A program made the position numbers and the translations under genes. Below, piece by piece: positions 56,247 through 64,000 of a stretch of DNA of 64,000 nt. Location of the stretch: contig JBKCMS010000087.1 of NCBI GenBank assembly GCA_046300175.1, forward strand, positions 9,485 through 73,484, read 5' to 3'. Positions within the stretch are counted from its first letter, which is position 1; each line of letters starts with the position of its first letter. The DNA is from Pseudomonadota bacterium (GTDB lineage: Bacteria; Bdellovibrionota_C; UBA2361; OMII01). The notes below the pieces were generated by a model that ran no database searches, had not been told where the DNA came from, and saw nothing but the letters and a program-made list of their open reading frames with translations.

Positions 56247-57140
56247 CTAGGCAAAGCTCCGCTTTTTGTATTTGCTACTGATAATTAATTCATCAACTGC
56301 GCCGCGCCTCTCTGCCTTGGAGTTGATCGCTCGCGTTGCTGAAACTCTCTCAATGGTAAATCCTTCATAGAGAGCCTCCACAAATGGAGATGCGGAGTTT
56401 GAAAGCAGAATAAATGCTCCCTTGTTTGCCAACCGCTGAATAAGGTCGCGCAAAGCAATCTGGTCATCAAAACCGAATCCATCTTTCGTGTAACTGGTAA
56501 ACGATGAAGTGGTGCTGAGCGGCACATAAGGTGGGTCAAAATACACTAGGTCCCCCTCTTGCACCTCGTTTTCGATTGCGAGGTAACTGCTCAGTCGGAT
56601 ATCGACATTTCTTAGGCACTCACTGCATCTGCGAAGGTTATCTGTATCTACAATCGTTGGATTGGAGTATCGACCAAACGGGACATTAAATTGACCTTTG
56701 GAGTTAACACGATAGAGGCCATTAAAACCGGTCTTGTTAAGAAAGATAAATCTCCCCGCTCGCTCTACTGCGGACATATCTTTGAAGTCTGGGCGTTTAT
56801 CCCAATCTCTAACTGAATAGAAGTACTGCTCTTCGTACCTGTGCTGCCGTAATTCAGATATTAATTCTTCTACATTGTCGCGCACCGCAATGTAGGTTAA
56901 CACCAACTCTTCATTGATATCCGACAAAACTGCACTGTTCGGAGCAAGCGAGAAGAAGAAAGCTCCGCCACCCAAAAAGGGCTCCCAATATCGCTTGAAT
57001 GTTCCCGGAAGTCTTTTCTGCAACTGGTCAAGAAGCTGGGCCTTTCCGCCGGCCCACTTAATAAATGGCCGAGCACTGCGGCGCCCCTCGTCTTCAACCT
57101 CCGGAGTTGCTGCAATGTCGGCAACGCCACTGTCACTCAT
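56247..57140 (-). CDS. dam: D12-class N6-adenine DNA methyltransferase (Dam family)
   Basis: FIKWAGGK, EPFLGGGAFFF and FDPPY. No adjacent nuclease gene. Confidence 0.85.
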   Translation of the reverse strand: MSDSGVADIAATPEVEDEGRRSARPFIKWAGGKAQLLDQLQKRLPGTFKRYWEPFLGGGAFFFSLAPNSAVLSDINEELVLTYIAVRDNVEELISELRQHRYEEQYFYSVRDWDKRPDFKDMSAVERAGRFIFLNKTGFNGLYRVNSKGQFNVPFGRYSNPTIVDTDNLRRCSECLRNVDIRLSSYLAIENEVQEGDLVYFDPPYVPLSTTSSFTSYTKDGFGFDDQIALRDLIQRLANKGAFILLSNSASPFVEALYEGFTIERVSATRAINSKAERRGAVDELIISSKYKKRSFA

Positions 57141-57257
57141 CTAGCTTAGTCTCTTTGCAAACAATTGAGCCCTGAATTTGCTACCAACAGCTTCCTCTCG
57201 TACCAAGGCCGAATGCGACCGAGGTACGAGAGAGCTGGGAACAATCTTGATTGCTTG

Positions 57258-57884
57258 CTACTTGTCGTTCGGATTAATAGCCTTGAACACTATCCCTGCT
57301 GCAAGACCAGCCGCGAAATTAGCCACCATATACAACCAGATATTGCTCCAGCTGATTAGGCCCATAACGCTAGCTCCAATTGCTACTGCTGGATTGAATG
57401 CTCCACCAGATATTGCGCCTACCGAGAAGGCTCCTGCCATTACAGTGCTTCCGATCGCCAATCCGTAGAAGGAGTTGCCTGAGGTCCCCTTAGCTGTAGC
57501 AACGTTGAGAACCACATAAACCAACGCGAATGTGTAGAGAAACTCGGCTATGAAAGCTGGGCCAACGGCAATCGGCGCAGCTACTACTGAGGCGCCTCCC
57601 TTTAGCGCACCAACAACGATTGCAGCAACGATTGCCCCAATCACCTGCGCTACCATATATCCTACTGCATCTTGACTAGAGCAGCGTCCTCGAACCACTA
57701 ATCCGAGTGTAACAGCCGGATTGTAGTGGGCTCCTGATACGTGGCCCCCGGCATACACCATCACCATCAAAGCAAAACCGATCGCTAACGGAGCGATGAC
57801 CCCGGCACCCGGAGCAATCACCGTACAGCCAATTGTCAAAACGAGAAAAAAGGTTCCGATAAATTCGGTAAGTAACTTGTTCAT
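57258..57884 (-). CDS. MIP-family channel (aquaporin-like)
   Basis: Two NPA boxes (HYNPAVT, AFNPAVA), six hydrophobic helices. 208 aa. Confidence 0.85.
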   Translation of the reverse strand: MNKLLTEFIGTFFLVLTIGCTVIAPGAGVIAPLAIGFALMVMVYAGGHVSGAHYNPAVTLGLVVRGRCSSQDAVGYMVAQVIGAIVAAIVVGALKGGASVVAAPIAVGPAFIAEFLYTFALVYVVLNVATAKGTSGNSFYGLAIGSTVMAGAFSVGAISGGAFNPAVAIGASVMGLISWSNIWLYMVANFAAGLAAGIVFKAINPNDK

Positions 57885-58016
57885 TTAGCCTCCCTAGGAA
57901 GTAACTGCGGTTGATCTACCGCAAATAACCCCGGTACTATAGCAACCTACACATTAGATGGAATAGCTAAACTCGGCTATCAACCGCTGTTCTATGCTAG
58001 GGCGCCACATCCTTCC

Positions 58017-59135
58017 CTACAGCTGCATGTTGTAGGCCTTGGACGGACGCGAGAAATCGTACCCCTGCCTCCATTGTTCAGGCAGCAATTCCCGTTCAAT
58101 CGGCTTAAAACCAAGACGCTCAAAGAACTCGCCAACGTAGGGCTGCACTGTTAAAGCGAATATCATCCGTTTTCCCTGCTTTCGTGCTTCCTCAACCAGC
58201 GCTAAAACCAATGCGCGAGCCCGGCCTCTTGCTTGAAAGCGTGGCAAGGTACACAGCTTGGCCAGCTCAACCGAGTCCCCATATGAACGCAGCGCCGCCG
58301 CACACACGATCTGCCCGTTCACCGAGTAGACCATGAAGGTGCGAATACTTCTGAGCAACTCCTCCTCAGTTACTGGCTTTAGTGCTCCCTCGGCCACATA
58401 CGGTTGCATGATCGCCATGATCTCGCGAACATCGCTCTCAGTTGCGGCTCGAAGTATGTTCGGATATTCCAGGGTGAACAACGTGCCGGACCCTGAGTGA
58501 GTGAACACCTCTTCAAATATCGCACCGCGACGCGCCTTGACTAAAACTATATCGATACCATGATGCTCTTGCTGATCGATTAGGAACCGCACACGCTCTA
58601 CCGGCAGGTTGAACGCGGCTCCAGCGGCAAGCGCTTCGCGCACCTTCTCGATCGGTGGATAAGATTTCAAAGAGCCATCGATCACCAGTCCCGGCTCCTC
58701 CCCAGGAAAAAACACCTTTTCACAACCGAGCGCAATGAAGAGCTCCATGATAGCTCTCTCAAGAGTTTGCATTCCCTGTGTTGTATCGGGTACGTCTTGT
58801 AGCGCTATAAATGGGGCCGCACCTGAAGCAAGCTCATGACGTATGCGGTTCGCAAACTCTGCTGAGCAAACCTCTGAGATGGCTACCTCAATAATTACAA
58901 ATCGGTCACCAGAACGATTCCACGTTTCAAGTGCCTCCACGAGGCCATCATCGTCTGGACACACGATTACTTGACGAATCCCTGCTGCTTGCAACACGCG
59001 CAGGTCCATGACCACCTGTTCACAATCGTCGTGATCCTGAAATAGAAATCCGAATGTAGTATTTTGGAAACGTCTACAATAGTAGAGCAACTCGAGCGTG
59101 GAGAGTATCTGAGAATCGATCGATGGAGTAGTCAC
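58017..59135 (-). CDS. ArgA-like amino-acid N-acetyltransferase (degenerate kinase-like domain plus GNAT)
   Basis: C-terminal GNAT core VELAKLCTLPRFQARGRARALV..EARKQG. The N-terminal region resembles an amino-acid-kinase fold without clear catalytic motifs. Confidence 0.55.
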   Translation of the reverse strand: MTTPSIDSQILSTLELLYYCRRFQNTTFGFLFQDHDDCEQVVMDLRVLQAAGIRQVIVCPDDDGLVEALETWNRSGDRFVIIEVAISEVCSAEFANRIRHELASGAAPFIALQDVPDTTQGMQTLERAIMELFIALGCEKVFFPGEEPGLVIDGSLKSYPPIEKVREALAAGAAFNLPVERVRFLIDQQEHHGIDIVLVKARRGAIFEEVFTHSGSGTLFTLEYPNILRAATESDVREIMAIMQPYVAEGALKPVTEEELLRSIRTFMVYSVNGQIVCAAALRSYGDSVELAKLCTLPRFQARGRARALVLALVEEARKQGKRMIFALTVQPYVGEFFERLGFKPIERELLPEQWRQGYDFSRPSKAYNMQL

Positions 59136-59250
59136 TGCCAGTTCTGACCCAAAACGCCACGGCGGTGGCTTCTAGTCCTCCCGCCAACCCCTTCAATAGG
59201 ATTGGGACGATAGTATTGAGCAGATAAGGCCACCAACACAAGGCCTTTCA

Positions 59251-59613
59251 TCACTCGCCAAAGATGATTACTTCATCCTTTCGCCAGATACCAAAGACGT
59301 AGGATTGTCGGCGACTTTCACACCCGTAGACCGTTGAAATTCCAGACTCTCTAGCTATGTCTCCAATCGCTCGAGAATCCCACTCGGCGGAAAGATCAAT
59401 CCGAGTGGTTGGAATTTCTACCCGCTTGGAGCTACCTGCGCCCACCTTACTACCAAGTATGGTGCCCCGCAGATCCTTACACAGCGGCTGGATAGTATCA
59501 GTGTACAGAAGGCCACGAGAAACGACCCCGCAGCCGGTGGCGAGAGTAGTTAAGGCTGCCAGTAAAACCGCCACGCCACCTCGCGAGATACAACGCCCTG
59601 CCCCTGACTCCAT
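59251..59613 (-). CDS. Small lipoprotein, TRL-like, paralogue 2
   Basis: The internal ATG at 59613 gives MESGAGR...LATGC (lipobox). GSKVGAGSS...FGIWRKDEVIIFGE parallels the upstream paralogue. Confidence 0.5.
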   Translation of the reverse strand: MESGAGRCISRGGVAVLLAALTTLATGCGVVSRGLLYTDTIQPLCKDLRGTILGSKVGAGSSKRVEIPTTRIDLSAEWDSRAIGDIARESGISTVYGCESRRQSYVFGIWRKDEVIIFGE

Positions 59614-59620
59614 ACTCGCC

Positions 59621-59935
59621 CTAGTCACCGTATACGATCGTATCTCGTCGCACGTACAGACCAAACAGGTAGCTCTTGATCCCCATATCCATATGGTTGA
59701 CGATCTTGATACCGCCGTTTTTCGCAGCTGCTTCCACTCCAGCATCGCCCCAGGCCACAAGCCATGCGATCGAGTAATTTGACGACACTCCTACCTTGCT
59801 GCCTAGCTCGGTCTTCCATAGATCCTCGTCCAATGGAAAGCGGATATTTGAGTACATGCAGCCAGAGAGTGATACCGCTGCTATTAAAGTGATTAAAATC
59901 TTTTTCATGATTAAAATTATCCTATAACGGTTCAC
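59621..59935 (-). CDS. Small lipoprotein, TRL-like, paralogue 1
   Basis: Lipobox LSGC. GSKVGVSSNYSIAWLVAWGDAG...FGLYVRRDTIVYGD. Confidence 0.5.
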   Translation of the reverse strand: MNRYRIILIMKKILITLIAAVSLSGCMYSNIRFPLDEDLWKTELGSKVGVSSNYSIAWLVAWGDAGVEAAAKNGGIKIVNHMDMGIKSYLFGLYVRRDTIVYGD

Positions 59936-60080
59936 ATGAACGAAAAAACTTGGCTAACGTTGCCCACAATCCAGCGACGACTGCATCAAAATTTAGCCAA
60001 AAAATTCTTTGGAATATCTCTTTGGAATATCTCAGTCAAATACTCTTTCTATTATTCGCTTAGGTTTTTTTATGTCTCAC

Positions 60081-60229
60081 CTATAGTGTTCTCCAAAAGT
60101 CCCTCGCAAAATCCCGAGTTTTGGAGAACGCTATCGATTCGCGGATGCGAATCAAAACAACAACCTATAGTGATGTCCAGCAAAAGCCTTGCCAGTTTTA
60201 CTGGCGCGGACTTTTGCACGTCACTATAG
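60081..60229. repeat. Three consecutive stem-loops. The outer two share the base CTATAGTG
   Basis: Hairpin 1: 60081-60098 pairs with 60119-60136 (18 bp, 2 mismatches). Hairpin 2: GATTCGC-GGAT-GCGAATC at 60136-60153. Hairpin 3: 60165-60186 pairs with 60211-60229. Confidence 0.7.
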
Positions 60230-60550
60230 CAACCACCAAAACCTCACAGGGTAGGCACCTATAATCCAAAATATGCTTTGACATAGACTAATGCACCGAT
60301 TTGGTGCCTGCAACTGCTGTTTTTATAATTTGTATAAAAAGTGACTGCGTCGCCAGGATGACGAATTAGCAGCCCGCATATCGTCGACCGGAGCAGAAGA
60401 TACTTTGTGACTACTCACCGGTATTAAAGCTTGTGGTTCAGGCTTATTCTTTAAATATAGCTATTTCGTTGATCATTCTCTCTTGGTCTCCACTGATCAG
60501 AGTTTCCGTCTTTCTGGTGAGTAGATACACTACTTTTGGAACCAGTTCTA

Positions 60551-61207
60551 TTACCTTTGCAGTATGTAGCTTGCCGCACTGACAAGGTTCTCAAATACCC
60601 CTTCAAGCTTAGGGCGAATCCAGTCCGGGGGTGTTTTCAGGTCCGGCACCATCACGCAGCCCATGCCGGCAGCAAGTGCAGCCTGAGCACCATACTCGGA
60701 ATCCTCAATGACCAAGCAATCACTCGGTGCTAGCTTGAGCCGCCCAGCTGCCAATAGAAACAGATCGGGAGCTGGCTTTCCGTTAGACACTTCGTCCCCA
60801 CCTGAGATGTGTTCAAAAAAGTGGCGAATCTTGGCCGATACCAGCCGATCTTGAGCGCGGGGTTTTGCCGTTGAGGTGGCAACGCAAAGCCTCAGGCCCT
60901 TGGCCTTCAAATTCTCTAACACCCCTACTACGCCCGGCTTCAGGGGCCAGCCATCGTTGGCAATAAGCGCCGCTATCCGTGCATCCACTCGCTCAGATAC
61001 TACCTGGTGAGGGAACGTGCTGCTGATACGTTCCTCAAATATCTGCCGGGTATCACGCTCATTTCTACCGACGCACGCGAGGTAGACATCATTAGGGATG
61101 TCGTATCCAAGCTCTTGGCTAGCCGAGATGACCAGATCGCGTTGAAATCGCTCCGAGTCAAGAAGAACGCCGTCCATATCAAAGATACATGCTTGCAAGG
61201 GTTTCAT
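60551..61207 (-). CDS. HAD-superfamily hydrolase (subfamily IA, beta-phosphoglucomutase-like)
   Basis: FDMDGVLLDSE, VATST and GKPAPDLF..IEDS motifs. Confidence 0.8.
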   Translation of the reverse strand: MKPLQACIFDMDGVLLDSERFQRDLVISASQELGYDIPNDVYLACVGRNERDTRQIFEERISSTFPHQVVSERVDARIAALIANDGWPLKPGVVGVLENLKAKGLRLCVATSTAKPRAQDRLVSAKIRHFFEHISGGDEVSNGKPAPDLFLLAAGRLKLAPSDCLVIEDSEYGAQAALAAGMGCVMVPDLKTPPDWIRPKLEGVFENLVSAASYILQR

Positions 61208-61654
61208 GCGCTTAAATCAATGTGATAAGACCCAGAGCGAATAACAAGACCAGTCGCGTCATTTTCAGACTGGAAATTTACATTCTCCGGTTTAATAACT
61301 TTCGAGTTCGAGCATCTCAGTGCCGGTACGGTAACCCAGTACCGCAGAAGACCTCAACCCATTTACAAGCTGCGCATTTAAATCGGCTTTTTTCGGGGTA
61401 GCCAACGAACCTCCTACTCAGGCATGACCGATTTAAACGTGTTAACGTCGCGGAATAGCTACCAGTTGCCGCGCCGGTTAATCTGCTAAAATGGTTAAGA
61501 GATATTCCGAGGCTTTTTCTCTTGTCGCAACCGCGTTTGAACAGTTTCTATCCCACCGCCAACTACCAAGCGGCTACTTACAAAAATGCAATGGATTTCC
61601 TCGTAACTTAGCAATTTAAAATCTTCTAAATCGACCACTTGAGTAGTTGCTTCA

Positions 61655-63523
61655 TCAGCCTGCACTACAGCTTACTATGAGCGTGAAGGCGTCTAAAACC
61701 ACATTACCGTCCGTGACATTTTTTACGGTAAAGATGCGAGTTCTCCCTACTCCACTAGATGAACGGAACGCTAGGGTATCGTTATTCGACACCGATAAAG
61801 TCGCTGGAAGCGTACCAAAAGAGGTCCAGGCCCCTCCGTTTAGAGAGTATTGCAGTGTTAAACCTGACGAATCTTCAGACAACTCTAATGTAATCGAACT
61901 GGAGATTCCGGCGATAGTTTGAGTATTAGTGGTGGCGGTACACGAGCCCGAAGCATCGGCATCATTCCAGTTTAGAGCATTCGGTGTATTGTCCACTGAC
62001 ACTGAGCGTACGCCGCGGCCGCCGTAGCCGTAGCTCCTTGTCTGGATATCGGGGAACACAGCAAAGTTACGGTTGGAGAGACGCACGAGATCATCCGGGG
62101 AATCCCAAGCGCCGCCGCGGCCGCCGGCACCTATAGAGTTATATTCTTGTGAGGACGCGGGCCAGCTCGTTACGTTCGCATCGCCACTACTGTCCAATAC
62201 TCCATTTCCGTGATACCTCCCCTCAAAGGCTCGGCCATTGCTAAGTCCAACCGTTACTGCCGATTCCCATAGATTACCGGATAGCTCCATCACTCCGTAA
62301 AAGCCTGCTCCTGCCCCTACTCGCGTATTCGCTCCCTTGGCAAAGCTGCCCACTCGAAGCGGGCCCTGAACTCCAAAATTAAACGCTATATTAGACCCAG
62401 ACTGCCCGCGCTCACTCGTCGCGCCACTATTCGTGACACTCGTTGCTCTCGTTATGCTCGTACTCCCCCACGCGTACTCCCCAGATACCGCTGTGATGGG
62501 GCTACTCACTCCCCGAGAACCGCGACCAGCCTTCTCATACTCCAACTCACTCATCGGACGTAACCCGCTCCAGTCAAGTAACGCTGTTAAATCCGCCCAC
62601 GACATGTAGTTCATCGCTGTGCCGGAAAAAGTCCCAAAGTTCAACGTAGCTTCTCCACTGCCCGACCATCTAATGTTATTACGATAGACATTATTGTCGC
62701 TGTTCTTGCCGCTAGCGCTAGTTATATCCCGCGTACTCTTCTGCGTGTCCGTTAGTGTATTAAAAAAAGCGACGTACTGTCCCTGGCTTACCTCTCCCTT
62801 CATCATGTAAAACGCCCCGTACCCTTTAGGAAACGCCGGCGGGATCGTAAATACGCTACCGGCTGGATCGCCATACCATCCGAAATAATCTGAACCCGGA
62901 TAATAAAAATTACCAGTAGTGCTCGCTGTTGTCGCAATCGCAGCCTCAGAGCTGATATACCAAGGGTCATTATCCCCAGTTGATTTCTCTCTGAATGCAT
63001 TCAGAGACGTCGCATTATCCCCCGCATAAAACGCCCCGTCCGGTATATACACCATCTCGATCGCCAACACTCGGATCTCGATAACATCTCCGCTCGATGC
63101 GCCGTTATCGGCATAGTTCCAACGAAGCCGCACATCATTAGCCGTAAATGTGCCAAAACCATCGTTTGTGCGGTACATAAATATCCCTACTACCGGATTT
63201 GTACTTGCGTTGTGAGCAGCTCCGGTATCAGCCAAACCATTAGCTGTGGATATAGCTATCGGTGATTGCGGAATGGTATGCCCGCTAGTGTCTAACTTTA
63301 AGTGCGTCCAATCGCCGCCGTTTCGCCTAATCTTGCAGAACACCCACGCCGCGTCCCAGTTGTACGGCTCAAGCGGCGGGGTAACACGCCATGAGTTGCT
63401 CCAGGTGATATCGAACTCCACCTCTCCGTTTCCACCACTGTGAGGGTGTATCGTAAGGTTTGTTACCTGTATGTCGTTGGCGAGGGAGGTTCGGAAAGGG
63501 AGGACAAAGCACACGAATACCAC
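61655..63523 (-). CDS. Secreted FGE-sulfatase/SUMF1-family domain protein with N- and C-terminal beta-rich extensions
   Basis: Signal peptide. EMVYIPDGAFYAGD, KGEVSQGQYVAFF, SELEYEKAGRG, YAWG, GNLWE and RGGAWDS match FGE-sulfatase-domain landmarks. Confidence 0.65.
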   Translation of the reverse strand: MVFVCFVLPFRTSLANDIQVTNLTIHPHSGGNGEVEFDITWSNSWRVTPPLEPYNWDAAWVFCKIRRNGGDWTHLKLDTSGHTIPQSPIAISTANGLADTGAAHNASTNPVVGIFMYRTNDGFGTFTANDVRLRWNYADNGASSGDVIEIRVLAIEMVYIPDGAFYAGDNATSLNAFREKSTGDNDPWYISSEAAIATTASTTGNFYYPGSDYFGWYGDPAGSVFTIPPAFPKGYGAFYMMKGEVSQGQYVAFFNTLTDTQKSTRDITSASGKNSDNNVYRNNIRWSGSGEATLNFGTFSGTAMNYMSWADLTALLDWSGLRPMSELEYEKAGRGSRGVSSPITAVSGEYAWGSTSITRATSVTNSGATSERGQSGSNIAFNFGVQGPLRVGSFAKGANTRVGAGAGFYGVMELSGNLWESAVTVGLSNGRAFEGRYHGNGVLDSSGDANVTSWPASSQEYNSIGAGGRGGAWDSPDDLVRLSNRNFAVFPDIQTRSYGYGGRGVRSVSVDNTPNALNWNDADASGSCTATTNTQTIAGISSSITLELSEDSSGLTLQYSLNGGAWTSFGTLPATLSVSNNDTLAFRSSSGVGRTRIFTVKNVTDGNVVLDAFTLIVSCSAG

Positions 63524-64000
63524 AAGAGCTATAAGCGATCTCTCAAATCCTTTAATTACGATCTGTTTTTAAAGGCCATGCTTACCCCTTCCGTAGGTGG
63601 ACGTAACCTGGTGCTGCCTGGATCAATCACTCTCGTAAAACTCTATTGAGGACTCGGCAGATATCCGCAAGAGCTTTAGGGAAATCGATCGCCACATCGA
63701 TGGCGATTTTGTACACTAAAAAGGAACGGTTAAGAAAGGCGAAAATGATATAGCTGACTAAAAAGCGCAAACAGTTTGGGGCAGGTACACCGTCTTATCT
63801 TTCCTCTCTAGTTTTGTCTCTCGTGCACGGTAGATATAACCACCTCACAGCCCATAACCCCTGCTAACATAGTCGACTAAATCAGCTAAACGGCTGAAAG
63901 GGCCTTGCATCAAGGTGAAACTCGCCTTTAGCTAAAATGCGTGAGTGACGTGCTTACATTTATACCTGGTAAGAGAGAGAGAGACAGGCGCTTAGTTACC

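Noticed and set aside
56247-57140. Dam methylase as part of a restriction-modification or other defence system
   Set aside because: No endonuclease, helicase-nuclease or specificity gene is adjacent. The neighbours are ogt, a MazG-like gene and an aquaporin. It was treated as an orphan MTase.
60253-60285. TATAAT (about 60261) and TTGACA (about 60282) hexamers as a promoter
   Set aside because: On the plus strand the -10-like hexamer precedes the -35-like hexamer. On the minus strand neither reads as a consensus hexamer. No promoter call was made.
1-64000. tRNA, rRNA, tmRNA, RNase P, SRP RNA, integrase or prophage genes
   Set aside because: None was recognised by eye in the intergenic regions. 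This is a weak negative. tRNAscan-SE, Infernal and an HMM scan would be needed to be sure.

Overview
This is a 64-kb chromosomal segment from a diderm (Gram-negative) bacterium, about 50% GC by eye, with roughly 50 protein genes. All calls rest on motif recognition in the ORF translations and on reading the DNA by eye. No database search, RNA folding or statistics were run.

The coding content is mostly ordinary:
- Envelope cluster: WD40 lipoprotein, lspA, two glycine-zipper lipoproteins and an OmpA-like protein.
- Metabolism: aldo/keto reductase, purine nucleoside phosphorylase, phhAB, GH13 enzyme, ArgA-like acetyltransferase and a HAD hydrolase.
- Respiration and nucleic-acid enzymes: type-B succinate dehydrogenase/fumarate reductase sdhCAB, two SNF2 ATPases, hrpB, a DEAD-box helicase, argS and a tRNA-dihydrouridine synthase.
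- Transport: an Fe3+-type ABC importer, a TolC/HlyD/ABC exporter, an aquaporin and a CNNM/TlyC protein.
- Small cluster of ogt, a MazG-like gene and dam.

I recognised no rRNA, tRNA, CRISPR array, integrase or phage module. I did not find a convincing new multi-gene protein system.

The unusual part of the window is non-coding:
- A RayT-like HUH tyrosine transposase gene sits symmetrically between inverted GGTGCCACC-type repeats, which looks like a REPtron.
- A 640-bp convergent intergenic array (11.78-12.42 kb) is built from a 17-mer carrying GTAG on its reverse strand, with inverted short tandem repeats at its far end.
- A 194-bp palindromic MITE-like element occurs three times, and an apparently unoccupied paralogous site lies at 43.5 kb.
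- A roughly 175-nt long-hairpin repeat occurs twice.
- A modular D/C repeat family always lies just 3' of genes. It forms a 600-bp inverted composite at 43 kb.

Secondary oddities:
- A DeaD-like protein lacks the whole DEAD domain and has a degenerate motif VI.
- An ABC permease is fused to its binding protein.
- An ABC exporter appears to lack the Walker-B glutamate and the Q-loop glutamine.
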